From Hydrurus foetidus (lineage: Eukaryota), in assembly GCA_900617105.1 (NCBI GenBank), contig UYFQ01000306.1, forward strand, positions 1 to 64,000: a stretch of DNA of 64,000 bases. The letters run 5' to 3'. Made by a program: the position numbers and the translations under genes. The notes beneath the pieces were generated by a model. That model saw only the letters and a list, made by a program, of their open reading frames with translations, did not search any database and was not told the origin of the DNA. Each line of letters begins with the position of its first letter. Position 1 is the first letter of the stretch. Below, one piece after another: positions 1 through 10,588 of this stretch.

Positions 1-1237
1 TTGGCTTTGATCCGGTTCTTGTCCGTGACTGGAGCGGATCCAGGTGGGACAGGAGGATGTGCTTTGCCAGAGAGAGGTGTCGCTGCCGGTTGCTTAGCAG
101 GAGCATGATAGTACTTGCACTTGTTACCGATAAGGCAGGTACCAGCGAGGATCTTGCGGCAGGCTTCAGGGGTAGTGGACAAGGCAGCTATCTTGACCAG
201 CTTGTCTTGGAGGAGGGCATACTCGGAATATACAGCGGCTCTCTCCAAAGTTTGGTGATATGTGAGCATGTTGCTATGGCATGACATAAAGTAGGACTTT
301 GTGTTGGGGCGGTGGTCGTTCATGAAGGCGTTGTGGAGGAATTGAAGGCGCTCCTGCTCGGTGCTCGGTCTGGCCTGGGCATACTCGAATTCTGTCATTA
401 ACGTTGTAAACCTCACTAAATCCTCTTGAAAACAAGTAGCCGTGGAGCCTTGAAGTTTTGTAGAAGTCGCCGAAGTCGGTTGATGTCTGCTTCAGTATGT
501 CCGTAGTAGTGCTTGTGCATACGTTTATAAATAGCGATCCCATCGCGAGAGGTAAAGGAATCGGCACATAGATAGTGGGTAGACTCGCTGAAAGCGTTCA
601 ACATGACGTTGTAGAGACGTTTCTTGTCGTGGGCCCATCGTGTAACATCGTCGGCGGGTACATAATTGAAGGTGCCGTCCAAATTCTCCGACGTTGTAGG
701 CTCCGAGTATCCTGATGGGTTAAGTCTCGTTGGGATTGGCTCGCGACGCGTGCCCATCGCCATTGGGTAGAGTCCAACGACATGGAGCAGCATGTTGTCG
801 AGCGCTTTGAAGCGCTTGTTGAATCCCACAGTCGTTGTGGAGATCTGGTTTTGCTTGATGCAATCCATTTCTGAAGAGGTCATCATAACCAGATCGAGTT
901 TTAGCCGTTTGAGCTCCAAAACGGATTCAAACGCGGCATTATATGATAGCCCACTTGCTGAAACTTCTGCAAAAGTTTGGCGCGGTGGCGTGGCTTCCTC
1001 TGCATGGGAGCCTCGTCGAGGTCGGTTTGGTGTTGAGAGATTTTGACGATTTGCCGTCGAGCTGGTGACCAAATTTTGTGTTTGGGCTCTTATGGCCTCG
1101 GCGACACGTTGATCGAACTCTGCGAGGGTCATGGAGAGCATGCGCGGCAGCTGGGCGCGGCTGGGAGTCTCTAGCCCAGTTGGGTCATGGTATTCCTCGT
1201 TGTTTTGGTCTGTGTTGTCGGACGATCGTAGCATCAT
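1..1237 (-). pseudogene. gag: gag-like ORF with a frameshift near 445; the C-terminal part contains a CCCH zinc finger
   Basis: ORF 416..1318 (first ATG at 1237) continues in the -1 frame from ~450 to the window edge with no stop: ...FQEDLVRFTTLMTEFEYAQ...EACRKILAGTCLIGNKCKYYHAPAKQP... Confidence 0.7.
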
Positions 1238-1314
1238 GGTCGACTTGAGATATCTGTTGTGATGAGATACCGTTGATATATTGATACTATATCGATGATT
1301 GCTGAACTTTCTAT

Positions 1315-1327
1315 GCAATCGCTACCA
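1315..1327 (-). promoter_or_regulatory. primer-binding site, initiator tRNA-Met type
   Basis: TGGTAGCGATTGC directly follows the LTR-terminal CA. TGGTAGCG is complementary to a tRNA ending ...CGCUACCA, which has the U72 of eukaryotic initiator tRNAs. Confidence 0.75.
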
Positions 1328-1835
1328 TGTGAGTCAGACTGTGGAGTGAAGCGAGCTACCTGTTGGCTGCGGAAGCGCAAAGGAAAGACTGGCTGATGGA
1401 AATGGTCTCAGAAGACGTGTTTACTCACAACGATCAAGTAGTAAAACAACTGGCGATGATATCAGAGAAGACAACCATCAAAGAAGCAGAGCAAAGCATC
1501 CATTGTGCATGAAATGGTGATCGCCGAAGTGGAAACATATTCAGCGAATATTCAAGTTGGCGATTGAGCAATGGGCGGAACCCTCGCTGCTCATGAAATC
1601 GGATGCTTGGTGGAAACCGGATACCTGGTGGGAATCCGGATGCTTGGTGGTGAAAAACCGGATGCTTGGTGATGGCCCCGAAGGGGGATATCGCTAGAAG
1701 AACGATGAGCGTATGTACACAACAGTGTATGGCGGTGTTTTGGGTGAGGAAGCGCTACACTACTTGTGACATGTGAATGCTAATCTACAGATGAAACTAT
1801 GCTAACAGATCATGCATGAATATGCTGGACTGACA
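1328..1835 (-). repeat. putative 5' LTR (~508 bp)
   Basis: TG...CA ends with a 7/8 inverted match (TGTGAGTC / GACTGACA) and an adjacent PBS. It contains four tandem ~18-bp CCGGATGCTTGGTG-like motifs (1596-1672). The outer boundary is inferred because the partner LTR is outside the window. Confidence 0.65.
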
Positions 1836-2007
1836 GGTTCCCCAGATTTTTTGCTTTTTTAGTATGGCGTGGGGTGATTTGGACGTGACCTGAGGTGTCT
1901 GAGTTTTCGGCACGAAAAGCAGACATTTTATTCTGCTACGGTAATATATCTCGCGGAGCAAACTGCTTCGGGTGAGATCACTATGTCCATGGCATAATGA
2001 TGATGTA

Positions 2008-2438
2008 CCGTCTAGTCCCATATGTTTGGTAAAAAAAATGTTAATAGGCCATTTGACCACACTCAAAATCACCAAAAAATAATTTCACCGAAAAAACTAT
2101 CTTCATCAATATTCAGAATCATGAAGAGTTAGCTATCAATTCAAATTCAGCACAATTATTCAAGATAGATGGCATATTTGAAATTTGTCAAAATAATTTT
2201 GCGGAGTGCAATATTGCGATCCCCAAGTACCGAACATGTCAAAAATGGTGCGCTAAGCAGTCATTAGCAACTAAACCATAATCGGACATGCGATACGACC
2301 ATATATAATTTTGTGTGGAATTTCATGGGGCATGCAATGCGCGAATAATACTTTAACTTTTCTTCATTATTACACTTGGTATACTCGAAAAACAGTCATT
2401 TTGACAAAACCGTTTACCAAACATATGGGACTAGACGG
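2008..2438. mobile_element. MITE / non-autonomous Tc1-mariner-type DNA transposon (431 bp)
   Basis: Perfect 26-bp TIRs CCGTCTAGTCCCATATGTTTGGTAAA (2008-2033 and 2413-2438), TA on both sides (2006-2007, 2439-2440), AT-rich non-coding interior. Confidence 0.9.
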
Positions 2439-2669
2439 TATACAATGTATAAATTTTGCACGTATGGATATTTGAGTGAATACGAATAATATACCAATAT
2501 TTTGCATTAGTCATTTTGTATGTATACAATATACGGAGAGAAGTTTCTATGATACAATATCTCCGTACAGTAATAAAAATGGACGCGTCCTGAGACGCAG
2601 TTTTATTAGATATTTACACGGTTGGCTGACATTTTAAAATCCACTATCCACTATCCACTATCCACGTAT

Positions 2670-4001
2670 CACGCATTAGGAAAGAGTTTCTTGAGCGATG
2701 TGATCCACCAACCTGCAGCACTGTTCTCGGCACGATTGCCTGGCAAGATTTAAGTGCGATAGCCACTTTTTAGAATGACATGATACTCATTTCCGAAAGG
2801 AACGAAGTTCACGGACAATGAAATGCCTCATGGAAGAACAACAGAGATACGTGCTCTGACCTTCCACGTTGGAGAATAATTACATGTAAACTTAAGCCTT
2901 CCGAAGTTAGAACATGACCAAATGTTGAGCTTTGTCAGAAGGGCACAATTGAATCATTATAATTAAGCCGAGAGGTAAGGTCAGAAACAATTTGTACAAC
3001 AGAGTTGAACAGGCTTATCTGCTGATCGGAAATTTTCTTTAACCAATATGATCATTACCTGATAGGAAAGATATAAAGCATTCACAAAGTCACGGGACGG
3101 GGTTGACATCTGGCGAAAGAGTTCGTAGCCAGCTAAATTATAAGTATAAACGGAATGTCTTGGATGGATGCGTCCCGCATTTAAACTATACCACCATTCA
3201 CCATTTAAGCACTGACTTTGATCAATCATTCACGTGATCACAATACTTTCCCTGTGATTCTCGACTTCAACGTTGCTAGTAGTGCTAAAATCTGGATTTC
3301 GTTGCAGCGTAGTTCCTGATGAATTTTGCGAAGTCGAAATTAATTTAACACGCCTTCAACAAATCATTTACTTTTTGACCATCTTGAACTTGTGAAGTCC
3401 TGCTCAAAAGAATCAAGAGATCGTGGGAACCCATTATGTGTGTTTTTACAAGACCAGATGTTGGTGCTACTATATCAGCTTTTACTGAAGTGTGCCTTGC
3501 AAATATACGAAAGCATCTCACACCATTTGTCTACATATCTTTGAAGCCAACTTTATTTAGAAAATTACCATGCGTCGGTAAGTTTGAAGATAAACTACGA
3601 CTACTAGATTCCACAAAACGAACAGCTCAAGAAGATATAGCACCTCTGAAAGTCAACATTAATTGTGAAATTCCGTTTTTGTTGTATTTCAATAACACGT
3701 GATACGTACTACTGATCACTACTACGACGAGTCTCTAAAATGAATTTGTAGCCAGCTCTTCGTCTCTTCGCAGCTGTATTCAATAGCACAGGACCAGCAT
3801 TAAAAATAGCATCAAAAGCCGAAACAAAATTAGTTGAATCAACATCAGTATCTGCCTGATAAGTAGAGAGATTGGTTCGAATATTTGATAGAGAGTAAAG
3901 TCGTAATGACTGCTGCCTATCAAAGACGAAGGAAAAGTTTCCACCCATTTCATCCCACCACTACCACTGTAAGGCTTGAAACATAGGAAGCATGCGGACA
4001 A
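2670..4001 (-). pseudogene. possible decayed intronless ORF of unknown origin (TE or virus relic?)
   Basis: A chain of minus-strand ORF fragments (3780-4001, 3709-3948, 2981-3229) and long frames broken by isolated stops. No motif recognised. Confidence 0.25.
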
Positions 4002-4526
4002 GACAAGCGATCTCGATGATTCCCCCCCCTTACTGACGTATCTAGATGTATCTAGATGTGTCGCACAATGTCAGACGTAGATTTCGACATAAACGTAACC
4101 TATCGTTCGACGGTAAAGTGCTCAAGAACTAAGCACTCATCAACAGGATAAATGAAACATACAACTTGAATTCCCAGGCTGCCGTACAACGTTCTCATCA
4201 AGATGATCACTAACATGCACTTGATCCATGACTACAAGTTAAATGAAGACAGCCATGTGCGTCGTCGTGTTGTGTAGTGTGGGCGGTGTTACGTGTTGGT
4301 CGTGTTAAGTAATGTTGACGGAGAAGAACTGAAACGTAACAGACATGAAAATTGAAAAAAGGTGGTGAACCTGAGAACGAAAAAATCTGAATTCGTCGTC
4401 AAAATACAGGAGAGCCTGATCTCCGTGACAAAAAAAAACAGTTGAGGTTTTCTGTTTTTTAAAATAAAGATGGAACCATCATACGGTTAATCCCCCAAAA
4501 CAGGCTGATTGTTGGATACTGGATAT

Positions 4527-4831
4527 TGTTGGGCTCTCTCTAAGTCCGGATGCTTAGTGACTCGTGCTACCGGTGACCCAAGGCTCGAAAAATAGACTTG
4601 CACTGTGTAATAACTTGATAATTAAACTTGTGCACCGGCATCAATCAAGACGGCAACGCGAGGCAATTGCATATGTTCTATCCATGTTGAAGATAGATGA
4701 ATGGATGGCTCAATGAGCCCATACAATCAATGGTCCACAGTCCACATCCCTAGGATGCACACCGCTGACCGTCAGGATCCACACATATACTATACAACTA
4801 CAGCAGTATCTTTTCTCCGGATACTCCAACA
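4527..4831 (-). repeat. 3' LTR of the copia element (305 bp)
   Basis: Direct repeat of 9542-9859 with about 20 substitutions and one 13-bp indel (counted by eye); TG...CA termini. Confidence 0.95.
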
Positions 4832-5028
4832 CACCCAACAGTCACGCAGTAGTTGAGCACCCAGGCACGCAATGGATTTTCATGTCAGCAATAAAATAAA
4901 TGTAAATTGATTTGCAAGCAGTAATGTCTAACTTGTCGGTGAGCAGTAACGGTGAGCTGTCCTTGTCGCCGGCACCCTTAATTCTTCTCGTCCACTGTGG
5001 ACCACCCCGTGAGCCCATCCCTCTCCCT

Positions 5029-8000
5029 TTAGAACTGGCATCCTTGAAGCGGCTTGGTCAGTACGTTCGCGTACATATCCTCGCTGCGTAAGTACTCCAC
5101 ACGCACCTCACCGGTCACCACCCGCTCTTTCACCCAGAAGTAACGGATCTGGATATGGCGTGTGCGCTCCGCCCCTGATCTGCCACGCTCCACCAGGGCC
5201 ATGCACGACTGGTTGTCCTGGTAGATGGTCACCGGCTCCATTTTGTAACCCTGTGCAATTAGAAAAATACGGATGAATATGCCTTGATTAGCTGAGTCGG
5301 ACAGCCCCACCAGCTCTGCCTCTGTGCTCGACTTGGTGACTATCGTCTGCTTCGAAGATCGACAGTGAACGGCCCCGATGTCTCCAATCACAACTCAGCT
5401 GCCCGTGTGGGACCTCCCATCACTGTGTACACCGTAGGATGCGTCCACAAATAGCCGCACTGAGATCCCCCCTGCACACGGCCTCAGCACTACGCCGCTG
5501 TCCCTCGTCGCATGTACGTACCGCACCAATCGCTGTAACTTGTCAACATCATCTGAGGTGCACTTATTCACACGTGTTGCCAGGAAGGCCACCGCCACTA
5601 GGCACTCCGGCTTGGTACGCTTGGCTAGGTAGAGCACCATTGCGACCACTTAGTGAAACCAGACTCGCACTGGCTCTGTCACTCCTGTGGCACTCTCCCT
5701 TGTCTCGAATAGTCCTTCTGTTGCTGGTGTCCGTTCCGCACCCTTCACCCCTGATACCTTGACTATCTCGTCACAGTATTCTGTGGTGTTGATCATCGTC
5801 TGTCCTGGTACATGCATGTCGATTGCCATACCGAGATAATTTATGACAGGACCATGCGATAAAGTGATTGCTCCGTACCTCTTTCGCAGTCCATCGACTA
5901 GGTGGAGCACAGTGTCTTTGCTCTTACTCGTAATGAGCAGATCATCTACGTGTACAGCAGCAGTACACTGATGCCCATCTGGGCCCGTCCGGTTGAATAC
6001 GCATTTATCGCTGATATTCTGTATGTACCCCAGTCCCCGCATCGTGACGTGCAAATTCTCATACCACAATCCGGCGCTCTCGACACACCCGTATAGCGTC
6101 TTCTTTAGATGCACGGTCACTTCCCCTTTTGCATCCGTGTACTTACCGTACGATGGGTCGATGTCGATAATGATGTCTGTCATGGTGCGATCGAGGCGCA
6201 TATGCACCGGCACCCCCGATGACATGTCCGCGCCCCACTGATGTCAACAACTGCGACTCTACGCCTTTCATGTGCTGCAGTCGCTAGTAGTGTGAATACA
6301 GCACTGGTGGACACAGTTGGGGAAGATAAGTCCTCATACAGGCTCTTGTCTTGTTGGTCGCCCCCTGCGACCAGTCTAGCCTTGAGCTTGAGGAAGCTTC
6401 CGTCTGGGTTGTTCTTCTGCTTCAGGAACATGGACGATCTGATGGTCGCTGCTCTCTGCATCGCAGACAGCTTGCCTCCCATCACCAGCACCCATATCCT
6501 CTTGTCTATCATCTGTTTTAGCTCTGACACGATGACCTTCTTAGCCTCATCCCCTTTAGTACGAAACGCCTCTTTGACACTAATGTTGGCTGTGCTGCTC
6601 TTGCTCATTTCCTCCCTATGTCGCTTTATCACTTCCTCTACATCGTGTGTTCCAGGTCCTGTGTCTGCTGGTCTAGGGGTGGTACCCCCAACGTTCGTCA
6701 CGAACGCGTCCTCGCTCGTACGGACTGACCGTGTCACCATACGTTACGTTGGTGCGGGTGTTCTACGTTGCTCTCTCACAGTTGGTTGCACCGTGTGTGC
6801 TGGTTGCTGTGGAAATGACGCGCTGTCAGCTTCAGCTGTGTCGACTGGACTGTCGTCTGGTTCGAGTGATGGTACTGGTGAGGGTGATGGTGTAAGTGCG
6901 TCGCGAACTTGCACCCCGATTGTATCGGGTTCCTCAATTCCGATTTCATCTAGTGGCGATAATGCTGTTGCTTCAAATGGGACTGGTACCTCCCCCCCCA
7001 AATTGGAACGTGGAATCTCGTAAATGCTGTCGGCTGATTGTAGGTCAGTGAAAGTGGGTTGGTCTACCGATCCGGCGTCGACAAGTGCATCCTGAGTGGG
7101 GGGGTTGATAATGAAATGTGGCATTTTAGATTTGTCGAGTCTGTTAGCGAATAGCAGTTCATCAAACACATGTAATTGAGTTTGAACGATTTTCTTCCCT
7201 TCTTTAACTGCCATGGCATTCAGTGTCACGATGACCGACTGCTGGCAGTTATGCCAGCATTCAGTGTCCTGACTGCTGGCAGTTGATGCGAGAGACGCAG
7301 TAGAGTGCTAGATAGGTTAGACAGAGTTCAGTTGGAGTAAATGAGAGCCTACCGCAGACGTGACCACGTGCTCGCTCCTTCACCATCTGAATCTGCCGTT
7401 CGATTCTGGCTACATGTCCGCCAGCTGCACTGACATCTACCTCTATTCCTAGTGCTAGCAGATCAAGCCTCATTTTGCCGATAGCACCCTCCCCGTCGGA
7501 CATGACGACTTGCATTAAGAAGTTCCTGGATTTTAGTATGGATATCATCTCACATAGGGCCGGCTTCACAACTGCTGCTGCTCGCGAGGTCTTCTCGGTA
7601 TCAAGTCGAATTAGGCTGACAGCGAGGGGTGGAAACCGCGATAAGTATCGCTGTAGTCTCCAGATACATAATGTCTACACTCAATACTTGTTGCTGCTGC
7701 GCTGGTGCAGGTGTCAGCGAGATGACTGCCACAGGTGAAGACTTCTTATGAGTTTTGCCTCTGAGGCTGGCGAGGCATTTACCCCAGATGGAATGCGTAT
7801 TCCTGAAGTCCGCTTCCTAGACGTTGAAGTTGTGGCCTCCCCTGATCATCCGGTGGGTAACCCATCCGTGCTAGCAGCTCTCTGGCTGCTGCTGCTGATC
7901 CTATCTCGCGTTTAGTGAACCTCGCCATGTTGTCTTGAAGTGTCGTCACCATCGCCTGCTCTACAAGTCGATGTGTCTGTCCTTCCATCCTGCTTGCGTC

Positions 8001-9516
8001 CCACACATAGAATCTGCCTGTCGAACTTGGTAAGTCTTGCCTGCTGAAGCTGTACTTGGTCGTGCTGCCTGCTGGTCGTAGCATGAAGCATCCTGCCTCA
8101 TGGTCGTAGCTGATGTCCGCACCACTGTCTGCCATCGCGGCGAAGGACAGTATGTTGGCAGTGGCCCCACGACTGAAGTAGACAGGTCCAATCTGGCCAA
8201 AGTCTCCTTCTTGATGGACTCTGACACCATGCGCTTCGGACTGTACTCCATTGAGCAGGATCGCGTGTTGCGATTTCCTGATATCCGTGAGAAGGCTTGG
8301 GTTGCAAAAGATGTTAACCGAAGCTTGATTGTCGAGCAGCACATGACTCCGAGTGAGCAGGGCGACTTCGTCTGTCGTGACGAAGGCTGCTTCTATGCTC
8401 TCGTCATCCTCCTCAATATCTTCTTCAACGCTGGTGAGTAGAGCGTGCTCCCCATCTTTGCGTTGCTCACAATCTCTTGCGAAATGACCCGTCTTTCCGC
8501 ATACGAAACATATCACTGACGATATTTTCTTCTTCGTCCCCGCTGTCTTCCCCTTCGACCCTTTTCCAACGACTTTTTCCTTTGTCCCTATCAAAGAGTC
8601 TGTGAGAAATGCGGAATGTTGCTCGGCTCCGAGGGGACTCCGCCGCCCGAGCTGGTCCAGGATGACGCTACCCTGTAGGCTCCGGCTAAGGTGGAAGGGA
8701 AACTATTCGGCAGGTTTTGTACAGCGTTGTTACGCATGTCAACATACCGGTATACCTTTTCGGGTCTAACTTACTGAGGAAGTCGATTGCTCTAATCGGT
8801 TCTTCAACTTCAGTCATACCAACACCTCTGTTGGCTAATACCTGATTGTCGAAGCGTGTCTTGAAATCGCCTATTATTTCACGTTCACCTTGTCTGAGGT
8901 AGTTGTACCGAATCGTTTGCTCGTGAACGTTCATTGCTCTCATTGAATCATCTTCTCCGTAGATGTGAGTTAAGTGGCTCCTACGAATGCACTCCCACAG
9001 TTTCACACTGTCAAGTCTGAGACGGGCCGCTTCGAATCCTGGTTCCTCGCGCACCTTGGATTTGGACCCCGTCGACATTCTCGACCACATGAGTGGAAAG
9101 AGCTTTTGCTCGTCGACTTTTTGAGTCTCTACTGCCTTGCGGCGTCCCTCGAACGCATTGGCTCTCAGCCTGTCGATAAGTGCCTCGGAGTACACGACAG
9201 GGGGCTCTGGAGGAAGCTGTGGCCCGATCATGACATTTTCGAGGTCTACGGACTCGTCTTCCTCGTCTTCATTTTCGGTACCCGCTGTCGGGGTATCGAT
9301 TTCCACCGTTAGAAAGGTGGGATTGTAGTCCTCCTCGCGAGGATACAGATGGACGTAACTCTTGTTGGTGGTGAAGAACGTGCCCGTCATCCCGTAGAGG
9401 CCGCATGCCTCGTTCTGCATATCTTCCCTCCATTGCACCACGTTGTTGTAACGCCCAAATTTCAGCATGCACTGCTCTGCACCTGATTTTGGTTCTTCTT
9501 GTTTCTTCGGCGGCAT
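5029..9516 (-). pseudogene. gag-pol: gag-pol polyprotein broken by several frameshifts/stops and an integrase-region rearrangement
   Basis: ORF fragments 8686-9516, 7779-8594, 7261-7569, 6744-7229, 6180-6740, 5650-6225, 5395-5649 and 5029-5391 carry consecutive copia motifs. Confidence 0.93.
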
Positions 9517-9531
9517 CTCGATGCGCTGATT

Positions 9532-9542
9532 AGTTTAATTAT
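9532..9542 (-). promoter_or_regulatory. non-tRNA PBS (ATAATTAAACT), putative self-priming site
   Basis: No TGG follows the LTR. The sequence is the exact reverse complement of LTR nt 9643-9633 (AGTTTAATTAT on the sense strand). Confidence 0.75.
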
Positions 9543-9859
9543 GTTGGGGTTTCTCTAAGTCCGGATGCTTAGTGACGCGCGCTTCCGGTGACCCAAGGCT
9601 CGTAAAATAGACTTGTACTGTGTAATTACTTGATAATTAAACTTGTGCACCGGCATCAATCAAGACGGCAACGAAGCTTTACATATCAAGACAATTGCAC
9701 ATGTTCTATCCATGTTGAAGATAGATGAATGGACGGCTCCATGAGCCCAAACAACCAACGGTCCACAGTCCACATCCCCAGGATGCACGCCGCTGACCGT
9801 CAGGATCCATACATATACTATACAACTACAGCAGTGTCTTTTCTCCGGATACTCTAACA
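9542..9859 (-). repeat. 5' LTR of the copia element (318 bp)
   Basis: Direct repeat of 4527-4831. It retains a TATA-like TATGTAAA (9685-9678) that the 3' LTR has lost. Confidence 0.95.
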
Positions 9860-10588
9860 CCTTTTCCCTCTACTATATATACTGTATGCTATATTTTATA
9901 GTTGGTGACTTTCTACTTGATTCAGAACAAGACGTATCGATATGGCATTCAACGGGTTACTCGAGCACGACTTCTTCCCTTTTTTGAAAATATGTAAGAA
10001 TTGTATTAAAAGAAAACAATATTGTGAAAGAGAAACTCCACTTTCAAATTGGACTATTTATTTTAAAAAGTAAAAAGGGAGGTAGCATGAAGGGCAGGTA
10101 TGTACTGTAGACCAAATTTGACAACTTCAATTCGATGCCTCTCTCATTTTGTAAAAACGTATCAATTTGACACTCCACAATTATAGTATAAGTAGATAGC
10201 CTCGTCAGAGGTCTCCGGCGCTATCCTTGCTGCAATGTGGAAGAGGTGCTGATTGTTGAAGGAATGGTGAAAAGGTTCAGCATCGCTTCTTATCGTCATC
10301 CAATTTCTGTTCTATTTGCGCTCGTGCTCTGATAACAAAGTACGTCATTTCATTACAAGAGGAGCGGGGATGTCGTAGACGCATTGAATTGATTTACTTC
10401 ATTCCAGATCCCTGTTCCTCCCCTCTTCCCTCACTCTTTCACATCTGTTCAACCCAGTAGACGCTGATTGTGCAGTGATGGGGGAGGGGGTGGGAAGGAG
10501 GTATTCTGACGCATCGACTGAAGACCACAGTGACTGAAAAAGCAGCGTAGATGCGGATGGATGATTATTCAATGAACAGATTACTTAA

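Larger units (their letters stand above)
1..1835 (-). mobile_element. 5' portion of an LTR retrotransposon (probably Ty1/copia), truncated by the window start
   Basis: On the minus strand the order is LTR (1835-1328), then PBS TGGTAGCGATTGC, then a gag-like ORF with a copia-Gag-like motif (RDGIAIYKRMHKHYYG). pol lies outside the window, so the superfamily is inferred. Confidence 0.8.
4527..9859 (-). mobile_element. Ty1/copia LTR retrotransposon with both LTRs, degenerate (5.3 kb)
   Basis: Two LTRs (TGTT...AACA). Internal order is gag, CCHC knuckle (CFVCGKTGHFARDC), protease (LLDNQASVN), integrase (SDGEG...ERQIQMVKERAR), RT (KARLVAGGD, LYGCVESA, HVDD), RNase H (FVDAS, SSTEAE, QDNQS, RHIQIRYFW, LTKPL). 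Integrase before RT defines copia. Confidence 0.97.

Noticed and set aside
430..465. Programmed -1 frameshift in the first gag
   Set aside because: No canonical X XXY YYZ slippery heptamer, and the shift falls mid-capsid, so a 1-bp deletion is more likely.
2638..2665. (ATCCACT)n as a telomere-like repeat
   Set aside because: Only about four copies and not a telomere unit I recognise.
8325..8345. Protease DNQA instead of DSG as a novelty or inactivation
   Set aside because: To my knowledge LDNQ-type active-site variants are usual in stramenopile copia elements.
5439..9328. Plus-strand ORFs inside the copia element (e.g. 6241-7023)
   Set aside because: Antisense shadows of gag-pol with no recognisable motifs.
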